Both the position numbers and the translations under genes were made by a program. From assembly GCF_009914755.1 (NCBI RefSeq), contig NC_060931.1: a DNA stretch of 64,000 nt. One strand, 5' to 3'. The notes below the pieces were generated by a model, which worked only from the letters and a program-made list of their open reading frames with translations, was not told where the DNA came from and made no database searches. Position 1 is the first letter of the stretch; each line of letters starts with the position of its first letter. Shown here piece after piece: positions 45,070 to 59,636 of the stretch. The DNA is from the human T2T-CHM13v2.0 reference genome, Homo sapiens.

Positions 45070-45767
45070 TTGGACAGGCACATGCACAGTAGTCTTCCTT
45101 ACCCTCAAAATTCAATTTGCAAATAGGACCAAAGAGCTCCCTGTTCCCCTCATGACACCCACACGACAAAGAAGAGTTGTTCCACTAATTCCCTTGATGG
45201 TCGGTTTAGGACTTTCTGCCTCCACTATTGCTCTCGGTACTGGAATAGCAGGCATTTCAACCTCTGTTACGACCTTCTGTAGCCTGTCTAATGACTTCTG
45301 CTAGCATCACAGACATAACACAAACTTTATCAGTCCTCCAGGCCCAAGTTGACTCTTAAGCTGCAGTTGTCCTCCAAAACCGCCGAGGCCTTGACTTACT
45401 CACTGCTGAAAAAGGAGGACTCTGCATATTCTTAAATGAAGAGTGTTGTTTTTACCTAAATCAATCTGGCTTGGTGTATGACAACATAAAAAAACTCAAG
45501 GATAGAGCCCAAAAACTTGCCAACCAAGCAAGTAATTATGCTGAACCCCCTTAGGCACTCTCTAATTGGATGTCCTAGGTCCTCCCAATTCTTAGTCCTT
45601 TAATACCCATTTTCCTCCTTCTTTTATTCGGACCTTGTATCTTCCGTTTAGTTTCTCAATTCATCCAAAACTGTATGCAGGCCATCACCAATCATTCTAT
45701 ATGACAAATGTTTCTTCTAACATCCCCACAATATCACCCCTTACCACAAGACCTCCCTTCAGCTTAA
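44015..45767 (+). pseudogene. env: HERV-H env, full span but frameshifted
   Basis: Canonical MIFAGKAPSNTSTLMKFYSL start at 44015, CWLC, RQRR cleavage-site region, [29 protein letters not shown] at ~45371-45450, end QDLPSA*; frameshifts near 44075, 44890-44970 and 45300, plus stops. Confidence 0.95.
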
Positions 45768-45929
45768 TCTCTCCCACTCTAGGTTCCCACGCTGCCCCTA
45801 ATCCTGCTTGAAGCAGCCCTGAGAAAGATCGCCCATTCTCTCTCCATACCACCCCCCAAAAATTTTCGCCGCCCCAACACTTCAACACTATTTTGTTTTA
45901 TTTTTCTTATTAATAAAAGAAGGTAGGAA

Positions 45930-46329
45930 TGTCAGGCCTCTGAGCCCAAGCCAAGCCATTGCATCCCCTGTGACTTGCACGTATACATCCAGATGGCCTG
46001 AAGTAACTGAAGATCCACAAAAGAAGTAAAAATAGCCTTAACTGATGACATTCCACCATTGTGATTTGTTTCCGCCCCACCCTAACTGATCAATGTACTT
46101 TGTAATTCTCCCCACCCTTGAGAATGTACTTTGTGAGATCCACCCCTGCCCGCAAAACATTGCTCTTAACTTCACCGCCTATCCCAAAACCTATAAGAAC
46201 TAATGATAATCTACCACCCTTTGCTGACTCTTTTTTCGGACTCAGCCCACCTGCACCCAGGTGAAATAAACAGCCATGTTGCTCACACAAAGCCTGTTTG
46301 GTGGTCTCTTCACACGGACGCGCATGAAA
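45930..46329 (+). promoter_or_regulatory. HERV-H 3' LTR (LTR7), polyadenylation
   Basis: Preceded by PPT aagaaggtaggaa (45917-45929); 9 substitutions versus the 5' LTR; AATAAA at ~46265. Confidence 0.97.
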
Positions 46330-46454
46330 GTTGCCTCAGCAGAAGAGGAAGGGGGAAACCGAAGCAAGGAAATTCTGTTTTTCATATAAGAATTTTAGCA
46401 CTATGGTTAAAATAGGTGCATTATCTTTGATATTTTAAAAATCAGTTTTTAAAT

Positions 46455-46752
46455 GGTGGCTGATCCCTGTAATCCCAATAATTTAGGAGGCCAAGGCTGG
46501 AGGATGGCTTGAGCCCAGGAGTTTTGAGACCAGCCTGGGCTATGTAGTCCACTAAAGGAATATATTGTCTCCACCAAAAAAATATTTTAAATTAGCCAGA
46601 CATGGTGAGCCTGTAGTCCCAGCTAATCGGAAAGCTGAGGTAGGAGGATTGCTCGAGCCCAGGAGGTCAAGGCTGTAGTGAGCCGTGATCTCACCACTGC
46701 ACTCCAGCCCGGGTGAGAGTGAGACTCTGTCTCAAAAATAAAAAATAAAAAA
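46455..46752 (+). mobile_element. Alu (AluJ-type, 5' eroded)
   Basis: Diverged Alu with A-rich tail. Confidence 0.9.
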
Positions 46753-48463
46753 TACATTTTTGAAAAATGAAAACAATCCTGTCATTCCTTCACTAAATTA
46801 TCCAAACTACTTCAGTGGCATCTTTCATTGGAATTAGAGAAATAAAACAGTAGAAGAAATAAATTAATAGATTGATCTGGATTAATCTTATATTTATCTG
46901 TGATTCAATAACTCTATCAACTAGTCCTGTGAATTCTAGAAATCAAGGTTTCTGTGCTCAAGGTATATCTATCTCAATCTCAGCACCTATAAGAAATGAC
47001 ATTTTATCTTAGGAAGGCAGCAGGTACCACACACACACATAGTATTTCTGTCCATGTTTCACTGATTCAATTTGAAGACTTTAGAACAAAAGATCCACTG
47101 GAATGGTTTACCAAGCACCAGACTGCTAAATTCCTGGGTCCTTAGAAATCTAGTTTAACTGTTGATTTAAAAAAAAAAATTAACGCAAAATGCATTAATG
47201 AGATAAATTGTAGAGGGAAGGAATCTGTCAAACTGAATCAAGGAAAGAGACAGCTAACATAATATTTCTCCCAAGATAAGTATTATTTGAAAACTCCTTG
47301 TGTAAGTTTGTCACTAGGAAATCCAGCTACTCAAAAAAGCATTTTACTGGGCTGACAAAGACAGGACAGCATGTATGCACTGTTATTTTACATGTGTCAA
47401 TGTACCCAGGTGTTCCCTTTCATTCTTTCTCTGAAAGAGGAGTTGATTGAGGAGCCCTAAGAAGCTTCTGTCTCCTTTAGATAGCAACTGAAAGGCAGTT
47501 AATGGGCCTTTAAAGTGTAGATAACAGAGGTGAGAAAAACAAGAGCTACATCAAGCCTTCCTCCTACATTCCACTGCTCAGCTGGGGTTCAGTGCTGTCC
47601 CTCAGTCAAGAGAAAGAGCAGGACGAATTCAATTCTGCTATAACTGAGCTGCGTGCCCATCCCCTCTTTGCTTCCTTGTGATTTGACCTCTAGTGAAATG
47701 TCATTTTATTTTACAGATGCAGACTTTCCATTCACAAGTGGGTGTAGCCCTCAATCTAACAACAAATAAACACTAGATTTTGAAATCAAGGTGCCCTCAA
47801 AAGTAATGTCACTCCCAGGTCGAACCATCAAAGGAGGAGTGAACCATACAACAAACCTTCAGCTTCCTGGGTCCCTTCACTCTTTCCACTGAACTGTGTA
47901 ATGACAAGGAAACTTGCTCATGATATGATGTTAAGTGAAAAAAGCAGAACATGGGTGTATACATATGTCATATAGATGGGTCTGTGTTCATGTGTTTCAG
48001 AGAAATGCATTGAAGTATTATCTGTGGTTATTTGTGCTGTAGAAGAATTGTGAGTGATTCGTAATTTTATTCTTGGTAATTTTCTGTATTTTCCAAATTA
48101 TCTCAACAGGGAACCAAGGACAATATATTCCTTTAGCATTAAAAGCAAAATAAAAGGAACCTTGAATAAAACTTTTTTCTGTTTTCTATTTAAATCAAAA
48201 GAAGGAAAGGGGGCTTGTTACTGGAGTTGCCACAGTGCAATTGTTTGCCCACACCTGGAAGATCCCACCAAGTTCTGGTCTCAGAGATAGTGTGGCTAAG
48301 AGCAGAGGCCAGAAAGTAAGATTAATTGTTATTGTAAGAATGAAGTGAACTGACACAAGTAAAGTGCTTAGAGCAGTGCCTATAGGCACTGGTAAGCACA
48401 GGTAGAAAATGTTTAATAAATATTAGCTATTATTATTATTACTCTGAGATGGTAGCTTCCCCC

Positions 48464-48982
48464 TCTTACCAGAAAGCGGTCCCAATCCAGACCCCAAGGG
48501 AGGGTTCTTGGGTCTCAGGCAAGAAAGAAATTAGGGCAAGTCCACAGAGTAAAGTGAAAGCAAGTTTATTAAGAAAGTAAAGGAATAAAGAATGGCTACT
48601 CCATAGACAGAGCAGCCCCAAGGGCTGCTGGTTGCCCATTTTTATGGTTATTTCTTGATTATATGCTAAACAATGGGTGGATTATTCATGCTTCCCCTTT
48701 TTAGACCATATAGGGTAATTTCCTGACATTGCCATGGCATTCGTAAACTGTCATGGCACTGGTGGGAGTGTAGCAGTGAGGACAACCAGAGTTTACTCTC
48801 GTCGCCATCTTGGTTCTGGTGGGTTTGGGCCAGCTCTATGGCCTGTATCTTGTGCCAACCTCCTATCTCATCCTGTGACTTAGAATGCCTAACTATCTGG
48901 GAATGCAGCCCAGTAGGTCTCAGCCTTACTTTAACCAGCTCCTATTCAAGATGGAGTTGCTCTGGTTCAAACGCCTCTGGCA
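48464..48982 (-). mobile_element. MER41A-type solo LTR
   Basis: Reverse complement starts tgccagaggcgtttgaaccagagcaactccatcttgaatagg; CCCC TSD; lacks the GAS-bearing block of MER41B. Confidence 0.88.
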
Positions 48983-50174
48983 CCCCCACCCCTCCAGTTC
49001 CTTTCCTCTCCAAGACAATGAGCAGTTCTTTATGGTCTTTAAGGAACTTGCAAGTATATTTTCTGCCCGTTTACATCTTCTATATTATAATGCAGATTTT
49101 GGCTTTGTGGAGATATATGGGAGTTGCACACTAAAATTATATGCATTTTTTTTTCTGAGCTGGATCACATGCCCTTTGGTAAAATAATCCGGCTGGTGTT
49201 TCATTCGTCAGCAAGCTTTTCCAGGCTCATGCCTTCCCCCATTTTCACTAAGTGCTTCCTGACTATTTCTCTTGAATAGCCAAGAAGAAGGATTAATACG
49301 TTAAGCTGATTAAGGTGTACTTTGATTTATGATCATCTCTTTTCAAGTGTTTTCAAGACCCAGTCTTTTATTCTTACTAAGCTATAGAAAACTGGTAGGC
49401 AATGCCATCAGACAAGCATGCTATTCTTTTTTTTCTACATGACACAATGTCTTTCTTCAACCTTTCTGTGGTCAAGAAATGCCAGCATTGAAAAATAAAA
49501 AGAAATAATCTCTTTAATGACAGGGAAACATGGCTATCTTGTATTTGAACTTGTTACCCTCTAGATGTGGGTGGAAGATGAGTCTCTCTTTTTTGAGAAT
49601 TGACTGACCAAGGCCCGGCTATGTCACCTGGTTGACTAGATACAGAAGTCATCACTATTCCTCGTTGCCAGTAAGTGGCAATTTATCACCATGTCACATG
49701 CCACGTCGTGTTATCCTAATGTGCAGAACTCCAGGACTTTTGAGAACAATCTATCCTTGATCATCCCTGTAAACAATGTGACTCTATTTAGGGAGTATGA
49801 GCACAGATAGCCCAAAATGGCAAAAAATTTTAAAGCATGTCTACTTGGCCTTGAACTACTTTTTGTTTTCATATTTGAAATGTCTGTGATGATTGTTCAG
49901 AAGTTTGCCCCACTATTTAAAAAAAAAAAAAAAAAAGCAAAGCTACAAAGAGAGCCAAGTCAGGATTGCTCAAAAACTGTTTGCTTTCTTATTCTATCAT
50001 TCTGTTCTAAAGGGCTCTGTGACTTCACACCATGAGGTTGAAGCTAGAGTCCTTTCTCACCAAGAGAGAAGTAAAGCATCCACTTTTGTTGACTTATCAC
50101 CACTAAGCTGTAGTCTTTCTGGTGCAGAATTTTCCCTGGACAGGCAAGAAAAAGAGGATTAGATACTCTGTCAT

Positions 50175-50990
50175 TAACTTATTCATCAATTCAAGATTTA
50201 TTGAGTGCTGACTTATTATGTGAAGCCTATTTTGTTCAGTGCTGGTGGTACTGGGACAATGGCACCATTTCTGCCCTTAAGGATATAGACAAATAGACAG
50301 TTACAATGTCATGCTCTAAGTGCTTAAGAACAAAGGGGATGAGGATGTTAAATATTGAGAAATGGAGCCCTGGTCTTCCTTGAGGGTTCAGAAAGCTTTC
50401 TCAGAATAGGTGAGTGTTGATACTGAAGGATAAGATGTTCACCGGGAAATAAGGAGGGAAAAGGTATACCAGGACAAGAAGTGGCTTTGAGGAAGGCAGA
50501 GTCAGGTGAATGTGAGGGGCTCCGAGCCCTCTGGGACAGCAGCAGCACAGTGTGGTTGTGGGGTGGCAGAGTCAGAAGATGAGATGAAGCCAATCTTGGG
50601 GGTCTTTGTAGATGATACTAAGTTACTTAGGCTTTATCTTAAGCTCAAAAGAGAGTGGTTGAGGAACTCTAAGCAGGTGAGTTAGATGATTAAAATTTTG
50701 CTTTAGAAAGATTATTATGGCTTCAGGGTGGAGAAGAGTTAGGAGGAGGGAACACAGCATTGGAGCCCATAACATCATGTTGCAGATGACAGCAATAGAC
50801 CAGGCCTGAGCTAAAGCAGTGGCTCCAGGGGCCAACAGGGAAAGGTGTCTGGGAGGCAGAAGGTCAATGGTTTTGTGATGGATTAGATGGTGGTGGTAGA
50901 AATCAAGGAGAAGACTAGGATGACCCAGGTTCCTCACTTGAGAGAATCAGTGAGTGTCAGTGCTATTACCACAAACAAGCCAGAAAGAGA
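50175..50990 (-). mobile_element. L2 fragment
   Basis: ttattcatcaattcaagatttattgagtgct end motif and diverged L2 body. Confidence 0.65.
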
Positions 50991-53093
50991 ACAGAATCCT
51001 CTAAAAAGAGCTTCCATTAGGACAGGATAGCTCTTACCAGGATGGAGGGTGCAGGGGGCACGACTAAGCTGAAATGTTCATGAGTCATTTGTCCAGTCAC
51101 ACATTCAATAAAGGTGCCTTGCAACAAGCCCTGTGCTGGCAGTGAGATGACCATCCTGTGGCATGGTGGCAAGACAGTAGGATTCATCTCCATTCACAGC
51201 TCTGCTCCTCACCAGCCCTGGGACTGTTGTCAGCCCATTCACTTCTAAGCCCCCATTTCATCATCTCAAATAGAGTGACTGAGGCCTCCACTTGTGATGA
51301 TGATCGTTATGACAATGGAGGGGAAAGCCCTTAGAAAACTGTCAATTACTGTAAACCAAATGGCCATTTCCACCACGAAGCTGAGAGCAGAGTTTGCCTT
51401 GTGAATAATGGACCATACTGGCAAAGAAGAGACAAGAGAAGACTGGTGAAGAAAAGCAATCTTAGCAGTGCAACAGGCTTGGAGAGAAGTAGGGAGTGGC
51501 CTCAGGAGGCGCACCACCCCTTGTTCCTACATTGCAGTGACAGTCCTTTGTATTCACAGTGTGCAAAAAGGTGGCCCTTGTGTAGACAAAGGGAAGTACT
51601 CCGAAATAACAGGCTGGAGGTTGCAAGGTGAGAATAGTTGGCAGTTACAGTCCTTATTTTAAATAATAATTATTTTTCAGTAGGTGTTTTTGGAGTGCAG
51701 ATTAATTAAAAATACGATACGGTAAAACAGGTAGTTTCTTTTATTTCTGTGGCCCTTCATAGTAAAATGCAGTGTTTGCACTTTAAAGAATTTCATAGAA
51801 TTCACCTCTAGGTATTCTGATAGTGATTTTGAGGCACAGCAGAAATGACTGCACCTGCCTTGCACCTCAAACAACTAAGATTTAAGGATCTAACAAACTA
51901 CTGAAAGATGAAAATCACACAGCCAGTTGGCAATGTGGATATAGACAAACCAGCTTGGATCTATGTCTTTTGTCTCCAAGATCCAGGCTTTCTATACTAC
52001 TTTATGTTATTTACTTGGAAGGATCAAAGGTCTTAAAAATATTGTAAAATATTCTTTAGCAAAGCTCTTCTCAGTTTCTCAAAGAACAGGTTTAAGAAGG
52101 AATTTCAGAGAATGCCTTGCTCCATTTACAATTCTCTTGCTTTCCTAAATCTTGAAACTTTTTTCTGTCTTGGATCTTTTTTTCTTACCCTACAACATGT
52201 TAGAGTCTCGACTTTCTCTAGATTCTTGCTCCTCTTCTAGACATGGCCCTGTCTCTCTGTTTCTCTTCTAGGTCAAGGTTTTTGAAAAATACACTCGAAG
52301 TGTGGTTTCTACTTCCTCAGGTACTTCCCATATCTCAGCCCAGTAAGATCAGCCTTCTGAGTGGCCTACTGCACTGACCTTGCAAATACCAAGGTCACTG
52401 ATGACTTCCCTTTGTCACGTGTTTTGGCCGCTGAATGTGACTTCCGTGTAGCATGACACTACCAGCCATGTCTTCTCTCCCCTTGGTTTCTGTGTCCTCA
52501 CTCTCCTGGGCTCTTTCCTCTCTCTCTTGCCCCTCTCTCCCACCTGCCCTGTGGATTGTTTCCTCTTTCTCTGCCTGTTCAGTAAAGCCCTGTATTCTCC
52601 ACACGCCTTGACTATCCTCTCTTCTCACTCCAAAAAATGAAGAAAGTAGATCTCAGCCTTTTGTGTTTGCAACACATTTTGGAGCAGGAGAAATTTTGGA
52701 GGCAGCCTGATGGGATTAAAATGCATCCACAGCTATATTGAACTATCGCCACCCTGGTTGCCTTTTGGCACAGTGTGGGTGTTTGAATAGAACTTCCTGC
52801 TCTCTTTTATGTACTCTTCTTGTGAAGTCAAGTTTCTCAACCCAGGAATCTGCACGGCCCTGGCCTGATGTTAAGTGATGGAGTGCCATGCCTCTTAACT
52901 TTTCCTCATGGCAAGATGGAGCTTCCTCTCTGCACAGAGACTTGCACAGAAGGCTCAGGGCTACATTTGAGCTGACAGACATGCCCACCCTCAGTTGTAG
53001 TGCATGAAGGAATAGCTTTTACAGAGGGTGGGAAACACTGCCCCAGCCTCTCACACCCCTCTAAGGCTTTATCTTTTAGAATTATTGTGGTAA

Positions 53094-53431
<338 letters not shown>

Positions 53432-53438
53432 TAACTAT

Positions 53439-53725
<287 letters not shown>

Positions 53726-54469
53726 TCAAATTTAATCTTTAAACCATGTTTAACTGTACAGTTCAGTGGCATTGCATACATTCACAACTTTGTGCAAATA
53801 TAGCCATTACCTAGTTCCAGAACATTCTTATCCCCCTCAATAGAAATCCTGTAGCCATTAAGCAATCCCTCCCCACTTTTCTTTCCCCAACCCCTGGCAA
53901 CCACCAATCTGCTTTCTGTCTCTATGAATTTCCCTATTCTGTATATTTCATATACATAGAATTACATAATATGTGGTCTTTTGTGTCTGTTTCTTTCAGT
54001 TAGCATATTTTCAAGGTTCATCCATGCTGTGGCATGTATCAGTACTTCATTTTTTTCATTGCTGAATAATATTCCATTGTATGGATATATCCCATTTTGT
54101 TTATCCAGTCACCTGTTGATGGAAATTTGGATTGTGTTCATCTTTTGGCTATTACGAGTAGTGTTACTATGAACATTCATATACAAGTTTTTATTTAAAT
54201 TCCTGTGTTCAAATCTTTTGGGTACATGCCTAGGAGTGGAATTTCTGGGTCCTATGGAAGTTCTATGTTTAACTTTTTGAGGAACTGCCAAACTATTTTC
54301 CACAGCAGCTGTACCATTTTATATTCTCCCCAGTAATGTATGAGGATTCCAACTTCTCCACATTCTCGCCAACACTTTCAAAAATTATGGCCATCTTAGT
54401 GGGTGTGAAGTAGTATCTCAGTGTGGTTCTAAGGTTTTATCTTTGTTTTAAATGTTAATGATTCTTAAA

Positions 54470-55745
54470 ACTATATTCCTAAGTATTTACCATGGAGAAA
54501 TAAAAGCATTTATCTGCAAAAGGACTTGTACACAAATATTCAAAGCACCTTCATTTGTAATATCAAAAAAAACTAGAAACAAACTAAGTGTCCACCAAAA
54601 GGTAAATGGATTAAACAAATACTGGCATATCCATACAATGAAATACCAATCAGCAGTAAAAAGGAATAAACTACATATAACACATAACTCATGGGTGAAT
54701 CACATAGGCTGAGTGAAAGAAGTCAGGACAAAATAGTTCTTCATGTATGATTCTAGTACACAAAGCTCCAGAAAAGACAAAACTAATCCACAGTAATAGC
54801 TCCGTGGTTGTGATACTGACAGGAGGCAGGGAGGTACTGGATAAAAGAGGGCAGTTCCCCAGCAAAGGCCCCACCCTCAAGCCTGGAAACCTGCGGCCCT
54901 AAATGGGAATAGACATTCCTGGTTTTGTGCCCAAATGTTGCCTTCTGGCCTGCCACATCATTCTATCCTGTACCCATATAAACCCCAAACCCCATGAGCA
55001 AAAGAGCAGAGGAGCAAAAGAGCGGCAGAGCAGAGCAGCAAAGGAGATAAGAGGAGGGTCTGACCATCGAGAGGAGTTCAGCTGGGGACGGTCGGAGAGG
55101 AGATCGGCTGCAGGACGGCCAAACTCCATGGTTGATCATCTTCACACTCCATTCCCTTTCCAGCTCCATCCATCCCACCAAGAGCCACTCCCATCCAGCA
55201 ATAAAATCCCCCACATTTACTGTCCCTCAATTTGTCCATGTGACCTGATTCTTCCTGGATGCTGGGCAAAAACCTGGGTACCAAGAGGGTACTGAGCTGG
55301 TTAACACTTAGGCCATCTGCAGACAGCAGAGCTAAAAGAGCACTGTAATATGCCCACTGGGGCTTTAGGAGTCACAGGCATCCACCCCTAGATGCTACTA
55401 TGGGCCCAGAGCCCAAAAGCACTTGCCCTGGCTCCTGCACCTGCCCATCTGCTCCCCATCCCATAAGAAGTTTGAGTGTGCAGTGGCCAAACAAATGAGC
55501 CACACCCCTGCCTCACATCCCACAAGGGGGTCAGGGAGCTCTCTCATTTCAGTTGCATGGGGCTGGGCATAGGGACTGACTGCAAAGGGGGATAAGATAA
55601 CTTTCTTGGAGATGGAATAGTCTATACCTTGATAAAGGTGGTGGTTATATCAGAGTAAACATTTGTCAGCATTCATTAAACTGTTCACTTAAAAGGAGTG
55701 CGTTTTATTGTATGACATTATCCCTTAGTAAAGTTGATATAAACT
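54470..55745 (+). mobile_element. Old L1M 3' fragment interrupted by an LTR1-type LTR
   Basis: aaggacttgtacacaaatattc, tggcatatccatacaatg, cattaaactgttcacttaaaa. Confidence 0.7.
54811..55551 (+). mobile_element. LTR1-family (ERV1) solo LTR
   Basis: tgatactgacaggaggcaggga...gcaaaggccccaccctcaagcctggaaacc; TG...CA termini; TSD GTTG. Confidence 0.9.
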
Positions 55746-55799
55746 TTTTTTGAGAAACGTTACAAACCCTCAGATATGTAGCTCCAGTCCCCAACCCTA

Positions 55800-57050
55800 A
55801 TTTATTCATTTCTTTCAGAACTCAACAAATGTGTATTGAGTACCTACTATGTGCTAGCCTCTGTGCTGTGAGATAAGGATACAAAGGTGACAGAGATGGT
55901 TCCTGAGGTCATGAATACCACAGTCTAGCCTGGAGGACAAATGTTACATCATTAAACAGATATTGTCATCATACAACTGTAATAAATGCACAAAAGAAAG
56001 GTACATGAGGTTTTGAGAGCTTATAGAAGAGGGTGACCTAGCTGAGATTCAGATAAGTTGTGGCAAGGTTTAGTTGAGATCTGAAAGATGGAGAGGAGTT
56101 GACACTTGGGGTCTTCTTCACAAAGAGGGAAGAGCACATTCAAAAAGCCTGTGACACGAAGGAATATTGCTGTCGAAGGATCTGAAAGCAGGGCAACATG
56201 GCTGGAGGACAGAGATGGAGGGGAGGACTGAGAAAGGTGCGTTGGAGAGTGGGTCAGGCCAGGTCATGAGGGCCTTCAGACAAAGCTCGGGATCTTGGTT
56301 TTATCATCAGAGCAATGAGAATTCATTGAACTACAGATAATGTGAATTGATAAGATCAGCTTTGGGTTTCAAGACGCTCTCCCCGGCCACACTGGGGAGA
56401 ATGCTTTAGAAGAGAGAAGTGGCATATGATTACAGAGGGAAAAGCTAACAGGTTCCTGGGAAAGTCCTGGAGAGAGGTGATGATGGGCTCTAGTCTCAGC
56501 TGGTGGTACAGATGGGCAAAATTGGACAGATTCAACAGGCTCAACCTCAAGGAGGGTTGATGGGGGAAAAGTAGCTTTACAAAATTTCTGGGTGGTTCAA
56601 CTAGATGGCGGGGGGTGGGGGGCACTGGGGGATGGGCAACAGAGTGGGTCAGGTTTGGAAGGAAGACCTGAAGTGTGGTTCCAGACCTGTAGCATTTGAG
56701 GCTCCTAAACCACCAAGCTCTTTCAGACTTTCTTTTCCCTGAAATGCCCTCCCTTCCCCACTTTCTGACAGGAGAAACTCCATTCATTAATGGATGCCCA
56801 ACTCAGGTCTTGCAGGCTCCCTCCTTTTCTACAGATAGTTCATCATTTCTTCTCCTGTATCAGCTCTCTCTACAGCACAAGCTCCTCTCCTACCCAAAAT
56901 GGCAATATTCTCTTCACAAGCTGTGTTCTCTACTAAGCTGTTGGCTTCCTGGGGGGCAGGGCTGTGAATTCATCTTTGCACCCCTAGCACCAGTGCAGTA
57001 TCACCAGAAAATAGCTGATCTGTACATATTTGAGAGATTGAAGTGAGCAC
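55800..57050. mobile_element. L2 fragments
   Basis: caacaaatgtgtattgagtacctactatgtgc; agttgagatctgaaagatg. Confidence 0.65.
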
Positions 57051-57214
57051 ATGTGTACAAAACACTTAATATTTCTGGAGTGCCTTTCTCCTGAAGAGCT
57101 CAAGAAGTTACAGAACAGATATAAATATATGTTTGCAAGTGGAAGGTGTGAAAGGTGAGCTATTGCAGACACTTGGTGAGTGATGAGAAGAAAAGAGGAG
57201 GTTTTTGCTCTTTA

Positions 57215-58052
<838 letters not shown>

Positions 58053-59329
58053 TGAACAAGTACCATCTACTAGGAAGAGCTAGTGCCTTCTTGAAGTCAA
58101 TTTGTCTTAGTGGAGCTAGGTGGAAATGAATCCCTCTCTAATGTCCGTAGGAACAAGATGCTAATGGTATTGTTACTTCACATGGATAGAAAACACTGAT
58201 CACCTGAATGGAATGCCTCTTGAAGCTTTCAGCCCCAAATGTCCAAATTGATTCCTCACTCACCACCTCCCCATCCCTACAACCAGGCATTTTAAAAAAC
58301 AAATTCTTTGATCCAATCCAGCATCTCTTGAGATAAATAACAGGCTTTCCATCCAACTGGCTCATGCTTGGGCTGCTCAGGAGATCTGATGGGAACTCTC
58401 TAGGCCCATGGCAATGTCTTCTCTAATAGTTTGACTTTTCTTCCTTTTTGAATTAGAATACTAGTGGTTATGTATTTAGTGAGCTTGAGCACTGGAGGTC
58501 CAGAGAAGGAGAGTGGCTGGGTCATGTTTTGGGGTTTTGGGTTTTGTTTTTGTTTTAGTAACAATCACCCATGTAAGAGGGCTTATGAATTTTATGTTGG
58601 AGAACTGTTCTTCAGGTTCCATACCTGTGGTCATCTATTATGATTCTAAAGGAGGAAAGGGCAAGAGGAACTCAGGACAAACAGGTGGAAAGCAAGTGCC
58701 TCATCAGCTTCCACTCACTACACATAGACCTTTCGTCACCTAAATCAAAAGAGAAAACCATGTTCTTGACGACACTGGAGTGAAAGACATCAAAAGTGTA
58801 TTATTAATCCTTGCTTTCGACACATTGCCCAGCTACAAACATGAGTAATTAAGAGATCAGCTAAGGGCTGCTTGAGGAACATACTTTGACAGCAGCCACT
58901 ACAGAACTTGAACCTGAATACAGGCTGCAATCCACGTGTGAGATCTTCCCTGCTGGCATTGGCTGCTCCCTCACCTGGGTCCCCAACATTTCACACAAGC
59001 CTCAGCACAGCGCTGAGCGCCAGGTTTCTCCTCTATTCCAGACCAGCAGCAACTTTAGAGTTAGACACCTTGCCCTGAGGCCCTGCAGAGTGTCTGGCTC
59101 ATGGCAGATACTCAAACACCGAGGCTGAGTGAACAGTCCACGAGTACCCGCTTAGCTCCTCCACTAGCAGGAATGCCCAGGACATGGGCAATACAGAATC
59201 CTCACCCAATGATCTCAGCACCTACAGCAATGCATTCAGCCTCGGACACAAACTTTCTGCATCCTCCAAGGGCCTGAACAAGAAATGTGACAGAAGCAAG
59301 GTTTTCCGTTCTTCAAGCTTATTTCAGGT

Positions 59330-59636
59330 TTGTTTTTGTTTGTTTCTTTGTTTGGTTTGGTTTGGTTTTTTGAGACAGGGTCTCACTCTATCGCCCAGGC
59401 TGGAGTGCAGTGGTTCATTGCAACTTTTGCCTCCTGGGTTCAAGAGATCCTTCCACCTCAGCCTCCCGAGTAGCTAGGACTAGAGAGCGCCACCACACCC
59501 GGCTAACTTTTGTATTTTTTGGTAGAGACAGGGCTTCACCATGTTGGCCAGGCTAGTAACTCCTGACCTCAAGTGATCCGTCCACCTCGGCCTCCCAAAG
59601 TCCTTGGATTCCAGGCTTGAGCCACCGCGCCCGGCC
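59330..59636 (-). mobile_element. Alu with (CAAA)n-type tail
   Basis: Reverse Alu; TSD tatttcag. Confidence 0.95.

Larger units (their letters stand above)
38834..46329 (+). mobile_element. HERV-H provirus (7496 bp, two LTR7-type LTRs)
   Basis: Paired LTRs, TSD GTTGC (38829-38833 and 46330-46334), His PBS, gag-pro-pol-env order, PPT. Confidence 0.99.

Noticed and set aside
47700-47770. Acceptor ttttattttacag followed by AATAAA as a terminal exon
   Set aside because: ttttacagatg is also the MIR core motif and is very common; no other support.
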